A stretch of DNA of 64,000 nt, from positions 2,452,312-2,516,311 of the forward strand of contig OZ251529.1 of NCBI GenBank assembly GCA_965243125.1. The letters run 5' to 3'. Source of the DNA: Dehalococcoidia bacterium. Lineage in GTDB: Bacteria > Chloroflexota > Dehalococcoidia > Bin125. Below, one piece after another: positions 27,472 to 38,567 of the stretch (the stretch's first letter is position 1; each line of letters opens with the position of its first letter). Made by a program: the position numbers and the translations under genes. The notes under the pieces were generated by a model that saw only the letters and a program-made list of their open reading frames with translations, did not search any database and was not told the DNA's origin.

Positions 27472-28146
27472 TTATGTCTTGAGACGGCTGCGGACGGCCT
27501 GGGCGACGCTCTTGAGCAGGTCGTCGTCGAGCGCGTCGGGCGGCTCGGAATCGCCTTCGAGTTCGGCGACGACATCGCCGGCGCGCCAGCGGAGCTGGAG
27601 CATGCGCTGGGTAGTCCGGCCGTCTTCGATGCGGGTCCACTCGCGGGCGCGCAGTTCATCGCCGCTGCGGGTGATGTCCTCAACGCGGACGCCGATGTCC
27701 TGCTCGGCGAGGTCGGGGGTGCGATCGAGCGCCTGCTCGGCCTGCTCGGCGGCCTGATAGCGGCTGAGCGTGAGGCCGATGCGGCGCTGCGGTGCGCTGC
27801 GGCGGAGGGTGTTGGCGAGCAGCACATCGACGAATTCGCCGAAGCTGCGGGGGTCGCGGTACTGCTGGCGGAAGGAGACGATGTGCCCGGCGTCGTTGAG
27901 TTCGCGCATCGCGTCCGCGGGGTCGCCGGCGTTCCAGGCGATCGACTCGGAGGTGAGCGCGCGGAGTTCGGCGAGGCGGAAGCCGGCCGGCAGATCGCCG
28001 CGCCGGATGGCGGCGGCGACCAGCGTTTCAGCTGCGGGGATGCGCAGCGAGCGTCGGTGCCGCACGCGCTGGATCAGCGCCTGGCCTATAGGCACGCCGA
28101 CGACGAGCAGAATGATGATGATGCCGACGAGCAGGGCGGTAGACAT
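27472..28146 (-). CDS. Hypothetical membrane-anchored protein (N-terminal TM)
   Basis: 224 aa; N-terminal helix 'LLVGIIIILLVVGVPIG'. Its stop is 2 nt before the DinB-like start, suggesting an operon. Confidence 0.45.
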   Translation of the reverse strand: MSTALLVGIIIILLVVGVPIGQALIQRVRHRRSLRIPAAETLVAAAIRRGDLPAGFRLAELRALTSESIAWNAGDPADAMRELNDAGHIVSFRQQYRDPRSFGEFVDVLLANTLRRSAPQRRIGLTLSRYQAAEQAEQALDRTPDLAEQDIGVRVEDITRSGDELRAREWTRIEDGRTTQRMLQLRWRAGDVVAELEGDSEPPDALDDDLLKSVAQAVRSRLKT

Positions 28147-28179
28147 GGCTTGAGGCTAGCGCAGACCGGGTTTGGGCGG

Positions 28180-28390
28180 TGATTCCCAAAATCCTCCCCC
28201 TACGCAGGGGGAGGTGGCGCGCAGCGCCGGAGGGGGTCGGTCCGGGCCCTGTGCTGTACTCGCGGCGCCGGGCCGACCCCCCAGTCCGCTACGCGGACAG
28301 CCCCCCTGCATAGGGGGGCGATTCCGATCCGCGGTCAGCCCCCCTCTCAGTCTCCCCCCAGGATGGGGGGAGAAGCCGGAAGGGGTGATT
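28180..28390. repeat. REP/MITE-like element (family A)
   Basis: 'ctgtgctgtactcgcggcgccgggccgaccccccagtccgctacgcggacagcccccctgcataggggggcgattccgatccgcggtcagcccccctctcagtctccccccaggatggggggagaagccggaagggg'. Confidence 0.8.
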
Positions 28391-28391
28391 T

Positions 28392-29057
28392 TCAGGGGTG
28401 GGGGAGGAGGAGGTTGAGGGCGGCCTGGGTGTTGGACAGGTCGGGGAGCAGGTAATCGGCGGTGATCAGATCGCCGGGGCGGGCGAAACCGGTTTGGACG
28501 GCCAGCACGCGGGCGCCGATACCGCGCGCCGCCTCAATATCGTGGCGCGTGTCGCCGATCACGATCACCTCGGCGTCCGGTGCTGCCAGTGGTCGCAGGC
28601 GCGGGAGCGCGGCGGCGAGCAGCGCGGTGCGGTTGGCCGCGTCGTCGCCGAAACCGCCGTCGGCGAAGCGCTCCCAGATGCCGAGATGGGCGAGCTTGGC
28701 CTCAGCGGCGCGGCGGAAGTTGCCCGTGCCGAGGCCGAGCACAACGGGTTGCTCGGCGAGCGCGTCGAGCAGCTCGACAACGCCGGGCAGGAGTCGCGAG
28801 CCGACCTCCAGCTCTTCGCTGAGCGCGGGGATGTAGGCGTCCTGGAACCGGACGACGGTTTGCGGTGTTGGTTCGCGTCCGGCGTTGCGGAAGGCGGTTG
28901 CTGCGATCCAGCTGTCGCTGCGCCCGGCGAAATCGACGCCGGCGAGGGCGTCCTCGATGCCGAAGACCTCGCGGAAGACGCGCCCCATCGCGCGCGTGCC
29001 CGCGCCCTGCGTCAGGGCCAGCGTGCCGTCGATGTCAAAGAGCAGGATCGTCTTCAT
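28392..29057 (-). CDS. HAD-superfamily hydrolase (phosphoglycolate phosphatase-like, subfamily IA)
   Basis: MKTILLFDIDGTLA (DxDGT motif I), ...GDTRHDIEAA (motif IV). The start is chosen at the Met; the track ORF extends through the repeat. Confidence 0.85.
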   Translation of the reverse strand: MKTILLFDIDGTLALTQGAGTRAMGRVFREVFGIEDALAGVDFAGRSDSWIAATAFRNAGREPTPQTVVRFQDAYIPALSEELEVGSRLLPGVVELLDALAEQPVVLGLGTGNFRRAAEAKLAHLGIWERFADGGFGDDAANRTALLAAALPRLRPLAAPDAEVIVIGDTRHDIEAARGIGARVLAVQTGFARPGDLITADYLLPDLSNTQAALNLLLPHP

Positions 29058-29124
29058 CGGATTCGATTTGTGCTTGGCGAGTGGAGAGTGGGCAGTTCGG
29101 CGTTGGGGGTGGTGATTTGCGGAG

Positions 29125-29165
29125 GCCCCGAAATCGCCCCCCTGCACAGGGGGGCGATTTCGGAA
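29125..29165. repeat. Perfect 17-bp-stem hairpin (solo REP-like unit)
   Basis: 'ccgaaatcgcccccctg-ca-caggggggcgatttcgg' read in the sequence. No adjacent T/A tract, so not called as a terminator. Confidence 0.7.
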
Positions 29166-29190
29166 CGGAGAGTCCGGAGAGGGGCGTACA

Positions 29191-29775
29191 TCAGCGTTCC
29201 TCGGCGAGGGCGAAATCGACGTAGTGGCCGTGGATGCGGAGGGCCAGGCCGCCGGCATCGTTGGGCAAACGGAAGACGAGCAGCAAGGCGACGGGGAGGT
29301 CGGGCTGGAAGGTGGCGGGCAGGGCGAGCGTGGGGTTGTCCTCGTAGACGGCCGCGCCGGCGGCGAGTGGAGCATCGAGCGCGTAGCTGCGCCCGCCGGC
29401 CGCGGTCATTTCAACCTGATCGGAGTTGAGGCGGTACGGGGCGAAGCCGCGGTTGACGACGTTGAGGCGGACGACGGCGAAGCGCTGGGCGGCCTGGCGG
29501 GTGCGCCCGTCGGAAAGCAATTCGGTCGTCCACTCGACGCGCTCAATGGCGATGTCGAGCGGGCCGACGCGGGCCGACTGCTCGAAGACCACCGCGCCCG
29601 GCGCATCGGCTGCGCCGACCACGACGGGCGTCGGCACAGCCGCCTCCTCCGGCTCGTCGTCGCCGCTCTCGAAGAAGCCGGAGAGAAAGAGGTAGACCAG
29701 CACGACGACCACGACGAGGGCAACGAAGAGCGCGTAGCCCGTCGTGCCGGAGATGCGGAAGCCCCGGATGGTCAT
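29191..29775 (-). CDS. Hypothetical membrane-anchored extracytoplasmic protein (DUF4352-like beta domain?)
   Basis: 194 aa. N-terminal TM (ALFVALVVVVVLVYLFLSGFF), then an acidic linker and a beta-rich domain. Confidence 0.4.
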   Translation of the reverse strand: MTIRGFRISGTTGYALFVALVVVVVLVYLFLSGFFESGDDEPEEAAVPTPVVVGAADAPGAVVFEQSARVGPLDIAIERVEWTTELLSDGRTRQAAQRFAVVRLNVVNRGFAPYRLNSDQVEMTAAGGRSYALDAPLAAGAAVYEDNPTLALPATFQPDLPVALLLVFRLPNDAGGLALRIHGHYVDFALAEER

Positions 29776-29805
29776 CGCGCGGCCGCTGCGGCGCTGCCCG
29801 GGCCG

Positions 29806-30156
29806 CTACTCAGTCGGCAGCCCGGCGGCGACCCAGGCATCCGTGCCGCCCTCGATGTTGTAGAGGTCCGTGAAGCCCAGCGCCGCCGCGAACTCGCAGG
29901 CCACCGCGCTGCGCTGCCCCTTCGCGCAGATGAACATCAGCGGCGCATCCTTCGCCCCCGCAATCCGCTCCAGCTCCTCGCCCCGCGTCATCAGGCTCAT
30001 GTAGGGCATCAGTGGCGCGTCGACCACATGCCCGTCCTGGTACTCGTCCAGCTCGCGCACATCAACGATCGGCACATCGGCGCGGCGCTTCGCGTCGGCG
30101 TCCTCCACGGAGATGCGCTGAAAGGGTTCGGCGTCGTTGGCTGTGCTGTCTGGCAT
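29806..30156 (-). CDS. Rhodanese-like sulfurtransferase domain protein
   Basis: 116 aa; active-site loop 'FICAKGQRS' (Cys-x5-R/S) within a rhodanese fold pattern. Confidence 0.8.
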   Translation of the reverse strand: MPDSTANDAEPFQRISVEDADAKRRADVPIVDVRELDEYQDGHVVDAPLMPYMSLMTRGEELERIAGAKDAPLMFICAKGQRSAVACEFAAALGFTDLYNIEGGTDAWVAAGLPTE

Positions 30157-30254
30157 CGCGGCGCGCTCCTCGAATCGGTTGCGGCGTGTCGGGCGGATGC
30201 GTGGATCGTATCATTCCGCCAGCGGACCGCTGAGCAGCGACAGGAACGTGATCC

Positions 30255-32222
<1,968 letters not shown>

Positions 32223-32297
32223 CGCCGCCGCGACAAACGATAACGTCGGTCTCTATGGTCGCGCGACATCGCCGTGCCAGAGTTTAGTCCGTGCAGG

Positions 32298-33860
32298 CTA
32301 CTCACCGACCGGGTGGCCCAATCTGCAGTAGTCCAGCAGCTCCGAGTGGTCGTCGGGTATCTGCCCTGTACGTACTGTTCCGAGCTTGCCGTTCTCCGAA
32401 TTGACAAAGTAGCGGTCGAGATACGTCTCGGCGTTGACGGAGTGGGTACGAATGTCCCAGACCGCGCACATGAACGGCACGGTGCTGTAGAGCGGCGGCG
32501 TGCGATTGACGTACAGTCGCACCGTCCACTGTGACCGCACTCTACGGATCAGAGCTTCAACGCGGCCGTCGTCCACGCGGCGCGCAGGGGACCACCACGC
32601 GGAGCGGCGCTGAAACGGGCCGCCCGCCTGCGTGGAGACGGACCAATCCAGTCTCGTCCCCGCCGCTTCCTGCTGCCGCCATCGAACCGTTATCTGCTCA
32701 AGTCCTGCTTCGACAGCGATGCCGTTCGGATCCGCCGCGCCGGGAAGCTTGTTTGGCGGCGACGAGAGCGTGCGGACAGAGATGGTCGTGGGGGGCGGCT
32801 GCGTGAAGTCGAGCCAAAACCGCTGCGCAATCTGGACATCGAACTGAGTGTCGGGAGGAAGACCGCTCATCGTCGAGGTGACGATGCCGTAGCTGGTAGC
32901 CCAGCGGTAGGCGTTGCTGACGTCCCACCAGATCACACCTGGCCACTGGGGCGACGTCGCGGTGACGAGCGCGTCGCCTTCGGCTGCCAGCCATCTCATG
33001 TGTATCGTATCGTCGGTCGCCGAGACGGTGGGCCCGAGATCGCCGCTCGACGTGCGAAATCGCTCGATGTCGGACCAACGGATCATCTCCGGCGCGTTCC
33101 AGTCGCGCCACCAGCGATCCGCGCCCTGTTCTTTCCACCAGTCCAGGCCGCTGTACCACCAGTCCAGATTGAGCCAGTCGACGTAGTGAGCGCGTTCTTC
33201 CGGTGTGCCGAGGTGCCACACCCAGGCGATCTGCCATTCGTACTCCATATCGGGTTCAAGATCCGACGCATGAGAGGGCAGGTATCGCCTAGAGCTTTGC
33301 GGTTGCGGTGGAAACGGCATCGCGTAGCTCCAGCCGGCTGAACCGATCGCCCGATAGCGGAAGATCGCCACCGCTGCAACGGAGTCTTCGCTCGTCCGTG
33401 GCTTGACTCCCCGCGGCTCAAGGCGCACGTGAAGATCGGTGTATCCGACGATCAGTTCGGCATTCGGCGGCTCGCTTTGCGGCGCGGACGCCAGCAAGAG
33501 GATGCGGCTGTTGCGGCGAGTCTCCGCGCCGTCGGCATCCAGCACGCGCAGTGGTAGCGTCGCCTGCACGTGATCCAGCAGCACGCCTTCGAGAAACTGT
33601 GAGCGGATGTCGGCGCAGGACAACTCGATCCGCTTGGCATCAGTCGTGACGGTCCCAACCCGACCGACAGTCACGGTGTAGGGCGAAGCGCCTTCGAGCT
33701 CCTCCCAACGGACATCGACCGTGCCGCCGACGCCGCACCACGGAGGGTCGAACGAAGGATCCGGCTCCGGCTGCCCCTCAGCCGTGAGCTGGGGCGCCGC
33801 AACGGCGCAGAGCAGCGCGATCAGGGCGGCGAAGGTCGAGAGGAATGCGATGCGGCGCAT
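32298..33860 (-). CDS. Secreted Trp-rich hypothetical protein (possible FN3-like repeats), encoded in a lower-GC insert
   Basis: Signal peptide [24 protein letters not shown]. About 520 aa, rich in W/D; local GC is visibly lower than the flanks. The start is chosen at the signal-peptide Met; the track ORF extends into the duplicated acs fragment. Confidence 0.55.
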   Translation of the reverse strand: MRRIAFLSTFAALIALLCAVAAPQLTAEGQPEPDPSFDPPWCGVGGTVDVRWEELEGASPYTVTVGRVGTVTTDAKRIELSCADIRSQFLEGVLLDHVQATLPLRVLDADGAETRRNSRILLLASAPQSEPPNAELIVGYTDLHVRLEPRGVKPRTSEDSVAAVAIFRYRAIGSAGWSYAMPFPPQPQSSRRYLPSHASDLEPDMEYEWQIAWVWHLGTPEERAHYVDWLNLDWWYSGLDWWKEQGADRWWRDWNAPEMIRWSDIERFRTSSGDLGPTVSATDDTIHMRWLAAEGDALVTATSPQWPGVIWWDVSNAYRWATSYGIVTSTMSGLPPDTQFDVQIAQRFWLDFTQPPPTTISVRTLSSPPNKLPGAADPNGIAVEAGLEQITVRWRQQEAAGTRLDWSVSTQAGGPFQRRSAWWSPARRVDDGRVEALIRRVRSQWTVRLYVNRTPPLYSTVPFMCAVWDIRTHSVNAETYLDRYFVNSENGKLGTVRTGQIPDDHSELLDYCRLGHPVGE

Positions 33861-33943
33861 TGGACAGGCTCCGTTCGAGGTCTTCATCAAGCTAGACGCT
33901 CGAACGGACGCAGAGGTTCCGACCTGCCTGCCACGCGACTGTC

Positions 33944-34101
33944 TCGTCGGCGGCCTGCCCAAAACCCGCTCCGGCAAAATCATGCGCCGCATCCTCCGCA
34001 AAGTCGCCGAGGGCAACCCCGACGACGTGGGCGATGTCACGACGCTGGCCGAGCCGCAGGTGGTGGAGGCGATCATCGAGGGCGCATCGGACGCGCACTG
34101 A
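33944..34101 (+). pseudogene. Displaced/duplicated 3' fragment of acs (encodes the last 51 aa plus stop), direct repeat copy 2
   Basis: Encodes the identical peptide [50 protein letters not shown] with 10 synonymous substitutions relative to 32065-32222. Confidence 0.8.
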
Positions 34102-34159
34102 GGGCCGGCCCCGGCGCGCTACACTGAACGGGAAAGGCTGAGCGAGACAGGCGGACGCG

Positions 34160-34504
34160 ATGGCGATCATCAACACCCTGCGAATGCGCAACATCCTCGT
34201 GCGCGGCGAAATCGCCCGCGAGGAACCCGCCGACGAATTCGTCGAGGCGATGGACGACGAGTTCGCCGCGCTGAAGGAAGGCACCGTTAGCACGGACAGC
34301 CAGGAGGCGTCCGAAAATCGCGTCCTCGCCGCGATCTCCGACCTCGGCCGCCGCATCGCCGAGCGCGACGCCGAACAAGCCCGCGAAGCCGCCGAGCGCG
34401 ACCGCCAAATCCACAACCACATCACCATCGGCATCGGCCTGATCATCGGCGCCGTCACCATCGCCACCGCCGTCATCAGCATCGTGATCGTCGTGATCGA
34501 CTGA
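34160..34504 (+). CDS. Small tail-anchored protein (C-terminal TM), paralog 1
   Basis: 114 aa, MAIINTLRMRNILVRGEIAREEPADEFVEAMDDEF... C-terminal 'ITIGIGLIIGAVTIATAVISIVIVVID'. Near-identical N- and C-termini to the next ORF. Confidence 0.55.
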   Translation: MAIINTLRMRNILVRGEIAREEPADEFVEAMDDEFAALKEGTVSTDSQEASENRVLAAISDLGRRIAERDAEQAREAAERDRQIHNHITIGIGLIIGAVTIATAVISIVIVVID

Positions 34505-34546
34505 GCCAGCGGCGCCGCGCTACCCTGATCCCGAGAGGCGGACGCG

Positions 34547-34945
34547 ATGGCGATCATCAACACCTTGCGAATGCGCAACATCCTCGTGCGCAGCGAAATC
34601 GCCCGCGAGGAGCCCGCCGACGAATTCGTCGAGGCGATGGACGACGAGTTCGCCAATGTCAAAGACGAGTTGGCCGGCGCCTCAGACAACTTCGTGACCC
34701 ACAACGCCCACGAGGCGTCGGAGAATCGAGTCCTCGCTGCGATCTCCGACCTCGGCCGCCGCATCGCCGAGCGCGACGCAGAACGAGCCCGCGAGAGCGA
34801 GCAACGCGCCCGTGAAGACGCCGAGCGGGCCGCCGAACGCGACCGCCAGATCCACAACCACATCACGATCGGCATCGGCCTGATCATCGGCGCCATTACC
34901 ATCGCCACCGCCGTGATCAGCATCGTCATCGTCGTGATCGACTGA
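34547..34945 (+). CDS. Small tail-anchored protein (C-terminal TM), paralog 2 with an expanded central region
   Basis: 132 aa with the same N-terminus (first 35 aa almost identical) and the same C-terminal TM. The middle segment is longer and diverged. Confidence 0.55.
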   Translation: MAIINTLRMRNILVRSEIAREEPADEFVEAMDDEFANVKDELAGASDNFVTHNAHEASENRVLAAISDLGRRIAERDAERARESEQRAREDAERAAERDRQIHNHITIGIGLIIGAITIATAVISIVIVVID

Positions 34946-34969
34946 GCTGCGCGCGACCGGAGCCGCCCC

Positions 34970-35200
34970 ATGCCCCAGGAAGAAGAAGCACTGCGCGCCG
35001 ACTGGTTCACCTGGGAGTGGGTCCGCGATATCTGGGTCAGGCGCGGCCTCTGCGACATCGAGCGCGGCAACGAAATCATCGCCTACCTCGAACAGGAAAT
35101 CGGCGACCCCCACAACATCCTCACACGCTTCGGCCAGGAACTCATCAACCGCATGGTCCGCGACGGCCACAGACCCGGCGAACCGAGCACTCCCGCTTGA
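34970..35200 (+). CDS. Hypothetical small protein
   Basis: 76-aa ORF directly after the tandem pair. No motif recognised; retained only because of position and codon pattern. Confidence 0.3.
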   Translation: MPQEEEALRADWFTWEWVRDIWVRRGLCDIERGNEIIAYLEQEIGDPHNILTRFGQELINRMVRDGHRPGEPSTPA

Positions 35201-35561
35201 ATCGGCTGACGGACCGACTAGACAGCGATTAGTACGTGTTTACACAAGTCGCCTGCCAACTGGCGCGCATCAGATTTCGTCGTTCTCGCCTTGCGCGGGA
35301 ACTCATACGGGCGTCGTCGACTGCGCAGCGTCTCGTGCTCCGCACTCTTGCACGAGCACGCATCCGACACCTCCTCGCCATCCAAGCTGTGACAGTAAGA
35401 CGCCGCAGGCAGCGCAAAGGTTCCCCTGCCGCGTGGACGCCGTCATCTCTCCTCACGTCGCCTCCGCCAGATCAGATCGTCTGTTAGACAGACCACCAGG
35501 ATAGGCGCTTAACGGGACGCGGCGGTTCCGATCTGTCTGTCGCGGCGGCAATCCTGTGCGA

Positions 35562-36503
35562 TCAGCGGTGTCGCCCGCGCACCGTCCTCGTCTTGGGCAA
35601 GTCGAGAAACTGGTCGGCCGGCGAACCGGGTTGCCAGATCGTCCAGCGGTCGCTGGCGCGCATGAGCGCGTTGTTGATGGCTCGGATCTGTGGGACAGGA
35701 AGACCAATCTGTGTAGGTGTGGCCTGTGGCAAGCGGCTGATCATGAGCGCGCGACGAGGTGCAAGTGGAAACCAGAGCACACCTGCATGAGCCAGTCCGA
35801 TGTCCATGATTGGGCCCCATTCAGGGAACCCCATCCGCTGCGCGACTATGGGGTTGTCGGATGTGACGAACGCCTCGTTGATCAAGACGACCAGAACGAA
35901 GCTGCAAAACAGGTCTAGTTCATCGAGGAACGTCGGATCTACGCCGAACTGCAACGCAAGCAGGTCGTCTTCGCCGCGGGGCGATTCCCATCCTCCAGCT
36001 TTTAGCTCCTCGACAGATCGCCGATAGTCCATCTGGTCCTCGGCCGACCAGTTCGATGGTGGACCGTCTGCCATTAGTTCCACAGCCAATTGACGCTGCT
36101 CCTCTCGATAGGCAGTTCGCAACCACTCGCGGAGCGACCTCGTCCTGAAGTGCTGGAATGCGAGAAGTTGTCTGACTGCGGGGACATCACTGATGGTCAC
36201 CTTTCCTTGGTCAAGAATTCGACCCGTCAACTCGGCGTCGAACTCATCACGGCGAGCGAGGCGCTCTTCAATCCTGTACGCCTCGGCAGCATCCACAGAT
36301 GTCATCGTGTAGATGTCCGCCTCGACTGCGACATTCGTGACTGCGATTCGCTGGTGCTGCGTGTTGCTCCTGCGGTCGTACGCCACGACGTAGTCCTGCC
36401 CAGCTTTGGCCGATGGGTCGCGGAAGCGGCGCAGGTGCCACTGCGGGACGTAGTGCTGGCGCTTCGGCTTCGGCTGGCTCATTCCCCAACAGTAACTCGA
36501 CAA
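35562..36503 (-). CDS. DUF4238-family protein (putative single-gene anti-phage/abortive-infection factor)
   Basis: 313 aa. The N-terminal 'QHYVPQWHLRRF' matches the signature HY(V/I)PQ(F/W)xLxxF opening of DUF4238. The gene has visibly lower GC than the surrounding chromosome. Confidence 0.6.
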   Translation of the reverse strand: MSSYCWGMSQPKPKRQHYVPQWHLRRFRDPSAKAGQDYVVAYDRRSNTQHQRIAVTNVAVEADIYTMTSVDAAEAYRIEERLARRDEFDAELTGRILDQGKVTISDVPAVRQLLAFQHFRTRSLREWLRTAYREEQRQLAVELMADGPPSNWSAEDQMDYRRSVEELKAGGWESPRGEDDLLALQFGVDPTFLDELDLFCSFVLVVLINEAFVTSDNPIVAQRMGFPEWGPIMDIGLAHAGVLWFPLAPRRALMISRLPQATPTQIGLPVPQIRAINNALMRASDRWTIWQPGSPADQFLDLPKTRTVRGRHR

Positions 36504-36534
36504 TCGTGGATCGATCGATGGCGAGCTAACATCC

Positions 36535-37002
36535 CTACAGCAGGCGGCCGGAGCGCTTGCGGCCGGGGCGCGGGTCGTAGTTGGTCTTGAACATCTCCAG
36601 TTGCTCGCGGGCGATCAGATACTTGCCGCCGAAGAAGCGGGCGCTGATCCGGCCCTGCTTGATCAGCCGGCGCAGGCTCTGCGGGTGGATGCCGAGCTCG
36701 TGGGCGGCTTCGACGATGTCGAACCACTCGCCGAAGCTGGGGCGGGCGGGCGGGGTCGGCGCGGCGGGCGCGGAGTCGGCGTTGAGCAGCCGGGCGGAGC
36801 GCTTGCGCCCGGGGCGCGGGTCGTAGTTCGTCTTGAACATTTCGAGCTTGTCGTGGGCGATCATGTACTTGCCGCCGAACATGCTCGCGGGCACCCGCCC
36901 CTGCTTGATCAGCCGGCGCAGGCTCTGGGGGTGGATGCCGAGCTCGCGCGCGGCTTCGACCAGGTCGGACCAGCCGTTGAAGGGATCGTTGGGTGTGGTC
37001 AT
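36535..37002 (-). CDS. Tandem double excisionase-family HTH (HTH_17/Xis-AlpA-like) DNA-binding protein
   Basis: Two internal copies of 'W(S/F)D(L/I)VEAA(R/H)ELGIHPQSLRRLIKQGR(V/I)xAxxFGGKY(M/L)IA(H/R)(D/E)xLEMFKTNYDPRPGRKRS(A/G)RLL'. Co-directional with, and 31 nt upstream of, the DUF4238 gene. Confidence 0.7.
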   Translation of the reverse strand: MTTPNDPFNGWSDLVEAARELGIHPQSLRRLIKQGRVPASMFGGKYMIAHDKLEMFKTNYDPRPGRKRSARLLNADSAPAAPTPPARPSFGEWFDIVEAAHELGIHPQSLRRLIKQGRISARFFGGKYLIAREQLEMFKTNYDPRPGRKRSGRLL

Positions 37003-37110
37003 GGGGCGGCATTCCGTCTGCGGGCGCGGATTGGGGCGCCCGGCTGCGGCGGTTGGTGAACTGCGTAGGTGATTATACAGAATAAGGGGCGCTTTCGGAG
37101 CGGCGCCCGC

Positions 37111-38271
37111 TCACCGCCGGGTTGCCAGCACCTCGTCTACGTCTTGGGCCAGCTCGGCTTCCGTGACGGCGCCCTCATAGGACGAATAGATCCGCCCCTG
37201 CGCGTCGATCACGAATACCCACGGCTCGCTGGGCAGGTCCCAGGCGCGAAAGGCCGCGGCCTCGCGCAGCGACTGCGGCTCGTGCGGATTCTCGAACACC
37301 TCGACATGCACCGCGAGCAGCTGCGCGGCGCGGGCGCGCCAGACCGACTTGACGACCTCCAGCACCGGCGCGCAGGTCCGCGAGTGGCAGAAGGCCGGCG
37401 TCGCAAACGCGACCATCAGCGGGCGGCCCTGCTCCAGCGCCTCTGCGATGCTCAGCTGATAGAGCGCCGGCTCCGGGTTCGGATCCGAGCTCAACTCCCT
37501 CAGCGATCCGACATCCGCGAGCGTGCGGCTCTCGACCGAGGGCGCGGCCTCGCCCTTTTGCGGAGCGGCGGAGCGCCCGCGCACACTGAAGCGGAAGCGC
37601 GCCTGCTCGCGCCGCGCGCCGTCGGCGCTGCTGATCTCGAACGCGATCCCCCACTCGCCGGCGCGGGTCAGGCGCACCGGCACGATGTACAGCCCGCGCT
37701 CCACCGCGGGCAGCCCCTCGGAGACGCTGAAGCCGCCCTCGTGCGCGTGGGGCGCGAACGCGGCGCGCCCGTCGCTCTCCGTGAACGCCACGAAGCGCGC
37801 ATATTGCGACGCGACCGGACGCTCCGCGTCGGCCTCCAGGTCGTACAGCGCCGCCCGCACCTGCGGGGCGGGCGCGTCGGACTCGCCGCCCTCGAGCGTG
37901 AAGGCCAGCCGGGCCACGCCCACCGCCAGATCGCGGGTGGCCAGCACCGGCAGCCAAACCGCGTCGGCGCTTATCCCGGCCAGCCACGGATCGCCCGACG
38001 GCGGGCTTGCCGCGCCGCCCGCCGATCTGCCTGGTCCACCGTTTCCACACGCCGCGAGCAGGGCCGTTGCAAACAGAACGAGCAGGCATAAAGTGACGGT
38101 GAGGCCGGCCGAAAAGCCGCTCGCGACGACCCGCGCGCGCAGCGCGTTCGGGGCGCCCGGCGGCCCGTTTGACAGCCTCGGCGGCGCGGCGCTACCATTA
38201 CCGCATAATCGTGTAGGCGACTGATCAGTTTCAGCGCCGAGGAGAGTGCTCATGGCGTACTCACGGGTCAA
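37111..38271 (-). CDS. Thioredoxin-fold (TlpA/ResA-like) lipoprotein; start uncertain
   Basis: Lipobox-like 'LLAACGNG', then a C-terminal thioredoxin-like 'FATPAFCHSRTCAP' (CxxxC) region. The track ORF uses a TTG start and overlaps the divergent small ORF at 38252; the real start is probably downstream. Confidence 0.5.
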   Translation of the reverse strand: MTREYAMSTLLGAETDQSPTRLCGNGSAAPPRLSNGPPGAPNALRARVVASGFSAGLTVTLCLLVLFATALLAACGNGGPGRSAGGAASPPSGDPWLAGISADAVWLPVLATRDLAVGVARLAFTLEGGESDAPAPQVRAALYDLEADAERPVASQYARFVAFTESDGRAAFAPHAHEGGFSVSEGLPAVERGLYIVPVRLTRAGEWGIAFEISSADGARREQARFRFSVRGRSAAPQKGEAAPSVESRTLADVGSLRELSSDPNPEPALYQLSIAEALEQGRPLMVAFATPAFCHSRTCAPVLEVVKSVWRARAAQLLAVHVEVFENPHEPQSLREAAAFRAWDLPSEPWVFVIDAQGRIYSSYEGAVTEAELAQDVDEVLATRR

Positions 38272-38482
38272 CGCACGCGGCCAGACGTACTACCTGCACA
38301 GCCGCGAAGTCGCGCTGCGGAACAACCGCATCCAGCGCATCTTCTTCTTCGCGAAGACGATCAAGGACGGCGCGCTCGACGCGCTGCCGGCCGGCTACGA
38401 GGTCGTCGAGAACGAGCGCACCGGGTTGCCCGTGCTGCGCAAGGCCTCGAGGGCGACGGCGCTGGCCGCCAACGGCGCATAG
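38252..38482 (+). CDS. Hypothetical small protein
   Basis: ATG preceded by 'gaggagag'; 76 aa (MAYSRVNARGQTYYLHSREV...). No family recognised. Confidence 0.3.
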   Translation: MAYSRVNARGQTYYLHSREVALRNNRIQRIFFFAKTIKDGALDALPAGYEVVENERTGLPVLRKASRATALAANGA

Positions 38483-38567
38483 CCCCGGCCGGCCCCGGCG
38501 CGCGCGGGGGGGCCGCCTGCCGGCCCCGGCGCGAAGCCCCCGCCGCACCTGTTCGATCACCGGATTC

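Noticed and set aside
29125-29165. Rho-independent terminator call for the perfect 17-bp hairpin
   Set aside because: There is no U-tract on either strand. The sequence belongs to the REP-like element family ('cgcccccctgca...ggggggcg').
35201-35561. Small ORFs (35229-35456 minus, 35236-35487 plus) in the lower-GC gap downstream of DUF4238
   Set aside because: Arg-rich, mutually overlapping, with no RBS or motif support; more likely non-coding remnant sequence of the island.
32223-37080. Search for integrase, recombinase, transposase or tRNA at the island borders
   Set aside because: None found. The only mobility-type signature is the double excisionase-type HTH protein, so I describe the segment as an insertion remnant rather than an intact mobile element.
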